Shown: positions 1-7,770 of the stretch, piece after piece | Layout: every line of letters starts with the position of its first letter | Position numbering within the stretch: position 1 is the stretch's first letter | Virus record (IMG/VR): IMGVR_UViG_3300048853_000049 | Span: 1 to 41,950 of that record | Reading direction: 5' to 3' (one strand) | Length of the DNA: 41,950 bases | Source of the DNA: a virus | Taxonomy: Duplodnaviria; Caudoviricetes | The notes under the pieces: generated by a model | What the model saw: only the letters and a program-made list of their open reading frames with translations | What the model was told of the DNA's origin: nothing | The model's database searches: none | Translations under genes and position numbers: made by a program

Positions 1-36
1 CTCGGAAACGAATTTCACGAAGCTCCGCAATCACCC

Positions 37-126
37 GGAAGAGTGGCCGAGCGGTTTAAGGCACCGGTCTTGAAAACCGGCGTGCGTGAAAGCGCACCGT
101 GGGTTCGAATCCCACCTCTTCCGCCA
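37..126 (+). tRNA. tRNA-Ser (anticodon TGA), integration target
   Basis: GGAAGAG/CTCTTCC acceptor stem, anticodon arm CCGGT-CTTGAAA-ACCGG, long variable arm, GTTCGAATC T-loop, encoded CCA end. Confidence 0.97.
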
Positions 127-127
127 T
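113..127 (+). repeat. att core, tRNA-side copy CACCTCTTCCGCCAT
   Basis: Exact match to 41824-41838; corresponds to the tRNA 3' end. Confidence 0.93.
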
Positions 128-209
128 GCCTCTTTGTTTTTATTGCCTTTTTAGGATTGTAAGGGCAGCTATCATAACCGTTTACCTAACGGTACTGAGG
201 CAACCAGCT

Positions 210-398
210 ATGGCAGAGAATCGCTACGATCTGCGTCAGGAAGCAGACGGCACCTGGACGGTGTTCGACATCTTCAGCGGCCTGCCGGCTGAAGTGAATG
301 AGGTCGAGCAAGTCGGGCTGGAGCTCGAGCAGGCCGACGACCTCGTCGACCTTCTGAACCTGCTGTATATCAAAAGGAGATCTGGTTCGGCGCATTGA
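210..398 (+). CDS. Small acidic hypothetical protein (62 aa, MAENRYDLRQ...)
   Basis: GAGG SD upstream of ATG 210; the track's upstream extension runs through the tRNA. Confidence 0.65.
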   Translation: MAENRYDLRQEADGTWTVFDIFSGLPAEVNEVEQVGLELEQADDLVDLLNLLYIKRRSGSAH

Positions 399-569
399 GG
401 CCGACGTCAGTTCTCGCCTCCGCCACCGGCGGCCTTCGCTTCGGCTTCTGCAGAACCAGTCATTTTTCCGGATAAGATTGTGAATTGTGCACCAACGATA
501 TTTCGTCGTTGGTGATCGCCTCCTTTTACCCTTAGATTGCAACAAAACAGTCGATCCGTCGGAGCGAGG

Positions 570-1751
570 ATGGCATTTCAGCGCATAATCAACCTGCTCG
601 GCACAATGCAGACGCGTGTAGACCGGGTCGACAAGTACATCGAACATGTCGACGATTGGGCTGACTTCCCCAAACTCAAAGCTTCACTAGCACGGCTCAG
701 GGACAGGATTGCGACTTACGAATCACGTCCGAGCATACTCAAGACAGATGCTGTTGATCGCATGCGGCAGGATATCCAGTCGGTACGTTCTTTTGCCGCT
801 GATCCGTTTCTCGATCGAAGAATGATCTATTCGGGCGTCGACAGGACGACTTTACGGCAAGCGCTTGAAAGGGACTGTGATGCGCTCTCAAATATCGCCG
901 CGGGCATCCAAATCGGCCTTGGCCAGTTAACCGCCGAGGACGTTGCTCAGCTAATTCCCGGCCAAAAAATCGCGGCTTATCAATTTGAGGTCGAAGTCGA
1001 CAGGATCATAGTGATTGACCAGCCAGTCAGGGCTTCGGATCATGAGACTGCTTTGGCTGAAGCAGCACGAGAGCTGCTACTCGAACAAGGCGAGCGGATT
1101 TTGGCCGATCTGCGCAGCTCGAACTGTCCTCCTCGCCTGATAGAAACATTCGCTCAGGTCCAGACCAGGTTGGCGTGGAACCGCAACATCATACAGGTTG
1201 GGATGGAAGCGCAGACATGCACGCAACTCCTTGCGTCCAGTTCAGAAGAGCTCTCTTCGACACTTTTCGGGCTTGTAAAGGCACACTTGGCAGGTGTCTC
1301 CACCTACCTTGCACAGTTTCCTGATTGGCGTCTCTTTACGGAGAACGCTGCAAAGGCCGAGATTGATCGCGAGAGCGTAAGCGAGCTCGTTGCGACGGCG
1401 CGGACCCTCGCGCGGCACTTTGAAATAAATAGCGATCAAGCCTCACCTTCGGTGCCCGCCGCATTGAACAACGTTGCCGACCATGCCGAAAACATGGAGA
1501 ACCCTGACGGACGCTCCATCCTTGCCCTCGGCCGGACGCTCGAAAACATTTGGTCGCTAATCGCCGCCCAACTGATCGAAGTAAAGAATGAGGTTGTGAA
1601 GGAGGGAAGAAAGGCGATTGCCAGGGCAGTCTTAGGGCTGATCGTTGGGTCGTGCGTGGGATTCGGAGTAGTAATCGCGAAGCTTCCAGGTGCCGAATGG
1701 ATTGAAAGCACCCTCTCCTACTTTATGTCGGTCGGACTTGCTGGCGGGTAA
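570..1751 (+). CDS. Hypothetical helical protein with C-terminal hydrophobic segment (393 aa)
   Basis: Long ORF; GGAGCGAGG before ATG 570; C-terminal AVLGLIVGSCVGFGVVIA. Confidence 0.75.
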   Translation: MAFQRIINLLGTMQTRVDRVDKYIEHVDDWADFPKLKASLARLRDRIATYESRPSILKTDAVDRMRQDIQSVRSFAADPFLDRRMIYSGVDRTTLRQALERDCDALSNIAAGIQIGLGQLTAEDVAQLIPGQKIAAYQFEVEVDRIIVIDQPVRASDHETALAEAARELLLEQGERILADLRSSNCPPRLIETFAQVQTRLAWNRNIIQVGMEAQTCTQLLASSSEELSSTLFGLVKAHLAGVSTYLAQFPDWRLFTENAAKAEIDRESVSELVATARTLARHFEINSDQASPSVPAALNNVADHAENMENPDGRSILALGRTLENIWSLIAAQLIEVKNEVVKEGRKAIARAVLGLIVGSCVGFGVVIAKLPGAEWIESTLSYFMSVGLAGG

Positions 1752-1849
1752 CAGAAGACCCGGTTTAGGCAATTAACCGGCCGGCGCGCTGCTGGTGTTG
1801 GCGCAGGTGGTGGCCGCGCCGGCCACGGGCAACTGAAAATCTAGTCGGG

Positions 1850-2119
1850 CTAAAATTCGTCGCGTCGCCATGACGCATAGCTAAGCCAGTCGCGGGGTCC
1901 GCGCGTATTGTTACAGCGCTTGCATGCCATGGCCAGGTTGGACGGATGGCCCGTGCCGCCATCAGCGCGGCGGTGCAGGTGTTCAAGTGTGGCTGCGTAT
2001 GGCCGCGCAGCGTCGTAGGGCCGGTATGTCAGCACCACGTACTCGCCGCAGTAACAGCAGCGTCCTTGTTGCTGCCAGAACAGCAGCCACCTGAAATACC
2101 TTGCAGCCCGCGTGTCCAT
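1850..2119 (-). CDS. HNH endonuclease
   Basis: CCYCG...TLEHL..RADGG...NLAMACKRCN; GGAGG SD. Confidence 0.85.
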   Translation of the reverse strand: MDTRAARYFRWLLFWQQQGRCCYCGEYVVLTYRPYDAARPYAATLEHLHRRADGGTGHPSNLAMACKRCNNTRGPRDWLSYASWRRDEF

Positions 2120-2144
2120 CGCTGCCTCCAAAGGAGTGGCGCCC

Positions 2145-2612
2145 TCACATGGTAGAGCGGCGTTGGGCCAGTGACGAGAGAAAGAGAGCCACCTCTTCCT
2201 CGGTCCAGTACCAGTATTCGATCAGTTTCAAATACCGCTCTGAGAGCGTGATGAGGTGCGGCCCGCCATCGACAAACAGCAATGTCACGGCACGACCGCC
2301 GTTTGGGCCAGGGGCGAAAAGGTGGCGCTCGAGGACAATGGCTCCGAAGTGACCGCGAGCGGCAAGGTGGAGGTCGACGAGATCGCCGACTTCGAATTGA
2401 TGCGGCGTCGCCACGTTCTTTGCGTGTTCGATTCGAGCCGCATCAGTGTCGAGAACTCTGATACCGTCGACTTCGATTATGTCGACATCGAGCAGCGCGT
2501 CGTTCGCTACCGCTACAGACTGTGTGCGGCAGATCGGTCTTCTTCTTACCAAACTGCGCGGCAAGGCAGTTCTGTTGGGCTTGAATTCCTCAGTACGCAT
2601 GTGGACGGTCAT
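2145..2612 (-). CDS. Hypothetical protein (155 aa)
   Basis: GAGGAG SD; TTGACA upstream; divergent from the XRE gene. Confidence 0.6.
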   Translation of the reverse strand: MTVHMRTEEFKPNRTALPRSLVRRRPICRTQSVAVANDALLDVDIIEVDGIRVLDTDAARIEHAKNVATPHQFEVGDLVDLHLAARGHFGAIVLERHLFAPGPNGGRAVTLLFVDGGPHLITLSERYLKLIEYWYWTEEEVALFLSSLAQRRSTM

Positions 2613-2627
2613 TTGTAGGCTCCTCGT

Positions 2628-2712
2628 TGATTAAAATCGCTCAATGATGTAAAAATCGATCACGATGAACTCTTTGTCAAGCGAAAATAATCACGATGAG
2701 CGAAATTAATCA
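2628..2712. promoter_or_regulatory. Divergent promoter region with four 16-bp operator-like boxes
   Basis: Consensus TGAGCGAWWWTAATCA at 2628-2643(-), 2647-2662(-, degenerate), 2678-2693(+), 2697-2712(+); TTGACA on minus at 2675-2680. Confidence 0.6.
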
Positions 2713-2965
2713 GATAACAGGCAGGCAGCTTGCTGCTGCCCGCGCTTTAGCGGGCTTAGGTCAAGCCGATCTGGCCACACTGGCAAGCATTTCCGCACCA
2801 ACACTCAGGCGGATGGAAGCCAGCGACGGTCCGCTAACGGGCATGGCGAACAACATCGCAGCTGTTGTCCGTGTCCTTTACGATCACGGCGTACTGTTTC
2901 TGGATGGCCCGTATTCAGGAGACGGCGGACCAGGCGTGCGGCTGCGCGGGAGCGAGAAGGAGTAA
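2696..2965 (+). CDS. XRE-family HTH transcriptional regulator
   Basis: ITGRQLAAARALAGLGQADLA..ASISAPTLRRME and C-terminal GPGVRL, typical of the alphaproteobacterial small XRE family. Confidence 0.88.
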   Translation: MSEINQITGRQLAAARALAGLGQADLATLASISAPTLRRMEASDGPLTGMANNIAAVVRVLYDHGVLFLDGPYSGDGGPGVRLRGSEKE

Positions 2966-2968
2966 ACA

Positions 2969-3226
2969 ATGGAAGTCCCAACTCTTCGTGACCCTGGATT
3001 CATCGCGCTAATCGACGAGCATCCAAACGGTAAGTTTGTCCTATGGGATGGCCGCCTGACTGGCGACGAACGCGCCAGTGGGTATAAGTGCCGTTGGGTG
3101 GTCGAGCACTGGGCGTCGGGTGAGAAAAAGATGTATTCGACCAAGGCGGCTGCGCGCATCGACGCGATCAGATGTGCAAAGTCCGTGCATGAACATGACC
3201 AGTGGTGGGTACAGACGGACGAGTAG
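2969..3226 (+). CDS. Hypothetical protein (85 aa)
   Basis: AAGGAG SD; starts 3 nt after the XRE stop. Confidence 0.65.
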   Translation: MEVPTLRDPGFIALIDEHPNGKFVLWDGRLTGDERASGYKCRWVVEHWASGEKKMYSTKAAARIDAIRCAKSVHEHDQWWVQTDE

Positions 3227-3275
3227 GCTCAGCGCACACGATCGCCCTGCCGCGCTCCGCGTGCTATAAAGCCGA

Positions 3276-3539
3276 ATGACCGAATCCGAACAGCAATACG
3301 AGTTCTCAGACTTCTCCGGCGAGTTCGTCGACGATGAAGTATCTTTGTCTCTGCGCATTTACCGCGTTGCGGGCACCAACCACGACTGGACGCTTGAGGT
3401 GGTCGACGAGGATGGGAACACGACGGTTTGGAATGACACCTTTGATACTGATCAAGAAGCGTACGAAGAATTTTTAGCCATCGTACAGCGGGACGGAATT
3501 CGCACTTTTCTAGAAGGCCCTGTGCAAACGTTGCACTGA
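3276..3539 (+). CDS. Small acidic hypothetical protein (87 aa)
   Basis: Protein-like sequence (WTLEVVDEDGNTTVWNDTFDTD). Confidence 0.7.
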   Translation: MTESEQQYEFSDFSGEFVDDEVSLSLRIYRVAGTNHDWTLEVVDEDGNTTVWNDTFDTDQEAYEEFLAIVQRDGIRTFLEGPVQTLH

Positions 3540-3542
3540 CGC

Positions 3543-3571
3543 TTGACCGCAAAATCTCGTGCAAATAGCTT
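3543..3571 (+). promoter_or_regulatory. Putative sigma70 promoter for the Xis-like trio
   Basis: TTGACC-N17-TAGCTT; hairpin at 3634-3659 in the leader. Confidence 0.45.
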
Positions 3572-3688
3572 CCATTTCGCGGCCTCACCAACCGCTAAGG
3601 CGACCCGGCCTCTCACCACAAAAAGGGCGAACCTGCTACCGGAATCTTTTTCGGTGGCAACGTTGAAACGTGAGTGAGAGAGGTGCTT

Positions 3689-3982
3689 ATGCCCCCAACG
3701 ATTCCCCTCGACGCCGTTTACACAACTGACGAAGCAGCCGAACGTTTGCGCGTATCCCGGCGGACGATGATCAAGCTCGGCCGCGATCTGGGGGCGTGCT
3801 CCATGATCGGCCGGGAGTACTTTTTCAGCGAGCGTGATCTGCTCGATATCTGGCAGGCTCAGCGGGCAACGCCGACGAGCTCACGAGGGCGCGCCATTAG
3901 CGTGAAAGGGTTCCTGTCTGATGTGCGGCTTGAGCGATCACTACAGCAGCTCACGCAGAAAATGCGGAAGCGCCGCCAATGA
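3689..3982 (+). CDS. Excisionase-like HTH (HTH_17-type) protein
   Basis: YTTDEAAERLRVSRRT...IGREYFFSERDL; GAGAGG SD. Confidence 0.75.
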   Translation: MPPTIPLDAVYTTDEAAERLRVSRRTMIKLGRDLGACSMIGREYFFSERDLLDIWQAQRATPTSSRGRAISVKGFLSDVRLERSLQQLTQKMRKRRQ

Positions 3983-4278
3983 AGATTGATCTTCTTTCCC
4001 AACTTCCGCTCTTCGCCACCGACAAAGAACTGGCCGTGGCGATCGTCGGCAAGGAACGCGCATCCATGTGGGTGAAAACGGTCATTCCGCAACTCGAAAA
4101 GAAGGGCTTTCCCCGGATTGACCCGCTTCACGACGGCAGACCAGTGCCGCTCGTTCGAAAGTTCTACGAAGGATATTTCGGCATCACCGCCGGCTACGCC
4201 GCGGTAGCGCCCGACGGAAAAGAGAACTTGGGCATGTGGAAGTCTCAACGCCGCGCCAGGAGGGCTGGCGGTGAGTGA
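3979..4278 (+). CDS. Small putative DNA-binding (winged-helix/Xis-like) protein
   Basis: ATGA coupling; LEKKGFPRIDPLHDGRPVPLVRKFY resembles AlpA/Xis wing motifs. Confidence 0.6.
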   Translation: MKIDLLSQLPLFATDKELAVAIVGKERASMWVKTVIPQLEKKGFPRIDPLHDGRPVPLVRKFYEGYFGITAGYAAVAPDGKENLGMWKSQRRARRAGGE

Positions 4279-4531
4279 CTCCGCTCGCCTCATCGGCCGC
4301 AAAGAGGCGGCCGCCTATTGCGGAATCTCGCCCACGTGCTTCTCGATGTGGGTGGCGAGCCACAAGATGCCGCCGGCAATCCCCGGCACGCGGAAGTGGG
4401 ACAAGCGCGCGATCGATGCAAAACTCGACGAGATCAGCGGCCTCGATGTTCGCGAGAAGCAGGCTGAAACTGGCTTGCAAAGATGGCGTCATGAGCGCGA
4501 CTTGCGGCGAGCAGCACGAGAATCGCGTTGA
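4271..4531 (+). CDS. AlpA/Xis-like HTH protein
   Basis: LIGRKEAAAYCGISP.CFS.WV...MPPAIPGTRKWDKRAID; overlaps the upstream stop. Confidence 0.75.
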   Translation: MSDSARLIGRKEAAAYCGISPTCFSMWVASHKMPPAIPGTRKWDKRAIDAKLDEISGLDVREKQAETGLQRWRHERDLRRAARESR

Positions 4532-4631
4532 CCTAACCCACCTGTGGAACAACAACCGATCTCCCCTTCCCCATAGCGCGCAGCCATGCTTAGTTGCGCG
4601 TGGGCTAACTTTCTTCTTTGAGGGGCATTAC

Positions 4632-4964
4632 ATGAAATTCCGTATGATCGTGCTGGCGTCCGCGCTGGCAGTGACTTCCTGCGCAAAGCGTCCTGACGCA
4701 ATCGTGCCGGTCGATATCCCCATGGCGGCTTATAGCAACCAGAGCTGTCAGGGCCTGGCGCAAGAGCTCATGAAGGAGCAGGCCAATCTTGCTGCTGTTT
4801 CGAAGCAGCAGAACCAAGCGGCGACTGGCGACGCGATCGGCGTCTTCTTGGTCGGGGTACCTGCGTCCAGCACCTTTGGCGGAGACAAGGAAGGCCAGGT
4901 CGCCGTGTCGAAGGGCAAGGTGAACGCGATAGAGTCGTCGATTAAGGCGAAGGGATGTAAGTAG
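4632..4964 (+). CDS. Putative lipoprotein (110 aa)
   Basis: Signal MKFRMIVLASALAVTS-C lipobox; GAGGGG SD; additional Cys pair. Confidence 0.75.
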   Translation: MKFRMIVLASALAVTSCAKRPDAIVPVDIPMAAYSNQSCQGLAQELMKEQANLAAVSKQQNQAATGDAIGVFLVGVPASSTFGGDKEGQVAVSKGKVNAIESSIKAKGCK

Positions 4965-4998
4965 CGAGCGCAGTAAAAAGGGTGTGGCGGAAGGTGTC

Positions 4999-5480
4999 AT
5001 GAAGGATTGTGGGGAATCGGAATTCAAGTTGCCAGATGTCATTCTTCGTTTGGTCGAAGCGCATCAAGCGGTAGTTAAACATTACGAGGCAAGTCGGCGC
5101 ACGTTCACGTTGGATGGCAAGCTGATCGGCGACATCGGGGAAGCAGTCGCGTGTGAGCTTTTTGACATCGAGCTGTCGGCCTCTAACGATCACGGCATAG
5201 ACGCCTACGCGAAAGACGGCCGATCGGTGCAGATTAAGGCAACAGCGACGAGCGGCAACCCTATGTTCCGCCCGGTGGAAAAGCGAGCCGACCATCTCAT
5301 TTTCCTTGGCCTCGATCTCAAGTCGGCATCGCAAGAGTTCTTTACAATGGACCGGAGCACCTCGTCCTCCGCGACATGCCCCCGGACTGGTCGGACCAGC
5401 GGCCGGTTAGCAAGCGCTCTCTTCGAAAAGCGAGAGAAGACCAGCCCCCGAAGAGCGAGTTGCCGCGCCGAAAAGTCTGA
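4999..5480 (+). pseudogene. DUF6998-like PD-(D/E)xK nuclease-fold protein, frameshifted near 5325
   Basis: FTLDGKLIGDIGE, GIDA..DGRSVQIKAT; plausible continuation ARVLYNGPEH...WSDQRPVS in the -1 frame ending TGA 5478-5480; +1 nt restores 160 aa. Confidence 0.65.
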
Positions 5481-5509
5481 TCCCATTCCCGCGCTACTTG
5501 GGACACGTC

Positions 5510-5887
5510 ATGAACTCAAAATCGATCCAAGCCGCCGCGCTCGCGTTGACTCTCTCTGCTAGTCCGGCCTCTGCGGAGTTGTCTTTTCGCGGCTTGGTCG
5601 ACTATTTGGAAGCGGGCATGACGAGGGCATGTGAACTTTATCCAGACTGCACGCGCAGAGTAACGAGCTTCATTTGGTTCCTCTGGTCGAACCGCGACAA
5701 GGCGGACATTCAGTACAATACGGTGAAGTGCCTTGGTTACTCCGCGGTACAACGCGGCTACGTCTGGTCACCCATGAAACTCGTGGATGAGTTAACCCCC
5801 ACGACCGCTCAAGAGATCTCAGTCGAGGTCTGCGCTTGTGTCGTGGGCTATTGGGGTAAAGACCAGGTGTGCCCGATAAAGTGGTAA
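5510..5887 (+). CDS. Secreted Cys-containing hypothetical protein
   Basis: Signal peptide MNSKSIQAAALALTLSASPASA; six Cys. Confidence 0.65.
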   Translation: MNSKSIQAAALALTLSASPASAELSFRGLVDYLEAGMTRACELYPDCTRRVTSFIWFLWSNRDKADIQYNTVKCLGYSAVQRGYVWSPMKLVDELTPTTAQEISVEVCACVVGYWGKDQVCPIKW

Positions 5888-5917
5888 GTTCATCGTTACA
5901 ACTGGAGGTGATAAGTC

Positions 5918-5977
5918 TCAGCCATCATCCTCCCGCTCCCTGATCTCGTTGAACGAAGCATGCCGCGGGTTTCCGTG
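5918..5977 (-). pseudogene. Remnant 3' end of a second LigD-type ligase gene
   Basis: Translates HGNPRHASFNEIREREDDG*, versus DGKLRHASFKGIREKADDE in the ligase at 6355. Confidence 0.65.
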
Positions 5978-6161
5978 TCTTTCCAAGGAGCGTCACGTTC
6001 AACGAAGTTGGGGCAGCGACTATCGCGGGATGCCACGGCACAAACCCAGTCGTATTGCGCTAGAGCAGTACCCACTTTGGGCGGCGCCTCTAATCCTTGA
6101 CTGCGACCCGCGTTGTGAGACCCTAAATCCTCTTGGTTGTACTGCGTTAGGGAGGTCGAAG

Positions 6162-6344
6162 ATGACCTTTGACAATGACGTTGAGCTGGCGCTCGCTACC
6201 GCCTGCAAAGAGCTTGAGATGACGCGACAAGAGATGATCCGCCTGATCATGCGCGAATGGCTGGAGCAGTATGGTTTTCTGCCGTTCCGAGAGTTGGACG
6301 AGGGCAGCGAGACGAGGGGGAATGCGTTGCCCCACGGGCACTAG
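6162..6344 (+). CDS. Ribbon-helix-helix (CopG-like) small protein
   Basis: GGGAGG SD; ALATACKELEMTRQEMIRLIMREWL. Confidence 0.65.
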   Translation: MTFDNDVELALATACKELEMTRQEMIRLIMREWLEQYGFLPFRELDEGSETRGNALPHGH

Positions 6345-6354
6345 GCCATTCGCG

Positions 6355-7332
6355 TCACGTTATTAGAAACACCCCTTCATCATCCGCCTTCTCCCTGATC
6401 CCCTTGAACGAGGCGTGCCGAAGCTTCCCGTCATCCGTCCAGGCGCGATACTCGACCTCGGCGACCAGCACAGGCTCGACAAAGACGGCGCCTTTCCTCC
6501 TCAGGACCACTGCCGGCGTTTTCGTCGCCATCCCTTCGAGCAACTGCCGCAGCTCGCGCGAAAGCTGGTTTGACCAGCCAGTGCCGCAGCCGCCGACATA
6601 GACGAGTTCGTCCCCCTTCCGTGCCGCCAATAGCAGCCGACCGAGATGACCAGGCATGGTTGACGGCTCGTATCCGACGATCACGAAGCTATCGCGCCGC
6701 TTGCAGGTGATCTTCTGCCACCATTCCCCTCGGCCCGAGCGATATGGCTTCTCGACGTGCTTGGCGATGATGCCTTCGAGGCCGTGCGCGCAGGCAACGC
6801 GGAGGAATTCCGCCCCGTCCGCATCGACCTCTTCGGATAACCGAACCGCGCCCTCGCGGCCGGCGACCAGCGGTTCCAGAAGCCGTCTGCGCTCGCGCAG
6901 CGGCAGGCGGCGAAGATCGCGGCCGTCGAGATAGAGAAGATCGAAGGAGAGGAAAACGATCGCCCCGGCCTCGATTGCGGACGGCAGGCGGCCGAGCGCC
7001 CGCTGCAACATGCCGAAATCAGATCGGCCATGCTCATCGAGAACGACTGCCTCGCCATCGAGGATAGCGGTCTGCACGGCGAGTCGCCGCGCGTCATCGA
7101 CGATCGACGGGAAGCGCTCGGTCCAGTCGTAGCCGCCGCGCGTGAGGACCCTCACCCGGCCAGGCTCGATATGCACGGCCAGCCGGTACCCGTCCCATTT
7201 CACCTCGTAGGCCCAATCCTGCCCCTTCGGGGGCTTGTCGACGAGCGTGGCGAGACAAGGATCGATGCGCGCTGGCATCGGGTCCAGCGGTGGAAGGTCA
7301 GGAGGCTTCTTCTTCGATGTTCTTCTTGCCAC
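6355..7332 (-). CDS. ligD: ATP-dependent DNA ligase (LigD/LigC ligase domain, NHEJ type)
   Basis: Motif I EVKWDGYR, ILDGE, FDLLYLDG, EGIIAK, YRSGR, OB-fold ending LRHASFKG; GTG 7332 (alternative coupled ATG 7404). Confidence 0.92.
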   Translation of the reverse strand: MARRTSKKKPPDLPPLDPMPARIDPCLATLVDKPPKGQDWAYEVKWDGYRLAVHIEPGRVRVLTRGGYDWTERFPSIVDDARRLAVQTAILDGEAVVLDEHGRSDFGMLQRALGRLPSAIEAGAIVFLSFDLLYLDGRDLRRLPLRERRRLLEPLVAGREGAVRLSEEVDADGAEFLRVACAHGLEGIIAKHVEKPYRSGRGEWWQKITCKRRDSFVIVGYEPSTMPGHLGRLLLAARKGDELVYVGGCGTGWSNQLSRELRQLLEGMATKTPAVVLRRKGAVFVEPVLVAEVEYRAWTDDGKLRHASFKGIREKADDEGVFLIT

Positions 7333-7400
7333 GACTAGGCGATAGTAGTGCTGCGAGCACATCGGCAATAGCTGCACAAACGGGCTAGCACGCCGGAGTA

Positions 7401-7667
7401 TCATGCAGCCCCTCGCCGCGTATCGCCCTCCGAAGGCGGCATGAACACGACGGCCACCCTTCTCGATCCACAGCGAGGGCAGCGGAGGCGGCTGGCGAGC
7501 AGCGCCAGCGGGAAGTCCCTGCCCCGCGTTGCGACGAGCGTCAGCATGTCGAGATCATAGGACCACGTGCATTGCCGAACGGACTTCATCCCTTCGCGGT
7601 TGCCGAACGCGCATCGCGCTTTGAGTTGCCATCCGAGGCTGAAAGCTTCGCCAATTGTCTCGACCAT
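7401..7667 (-). CDS. Small Zn-ribbon protein
   Basis: Two N-terminal Cys plus RLRCPRCGSR; directly upstream of the ligase. Confidence 0.75.
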   Translation of the reverse strand: MVETIGEAFSLGWQLKARCAFGNREGMKSVRQCTWSYDLDMLTLVATRGRDFPLALLASRLRCPRCGSRRVAVVFMPPSEGDTRRGAA

Positions 7668-7685
7668 GCCGATGAGATAATGTAA

Positions 7686-7700
7686 GAACAAAAGAAGAAC
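7686..7700 (-). promoter_or_regulatory. Alphaproteobacterial LexA (SOS) box overlapping the promoter
   Basis: Exact GAAC-N7-GAAC; minus strand TTGTTC-N17-TATCTC ends 6 nt before ATG 7667 (leaderless-like). Confidence 0.8.
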
Positions 7701-7770
7701 AATCAATCGGTGGTCGAACTCCCCTGAATTGGGACGATGGTCGGCATGAATCTACGCGTGCAAGCCTCGG

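Noticed and set aside
99-209. N-terminal extension of ORF 99-398
   Set aside because: Runs through the tRNA and att site; real start is 210
4275-4631. N-terminal half of the 229-aa track ORF
   Set aside because: Overlaps the HTH gene in another frame; the lipoprotein signal starts at 4632
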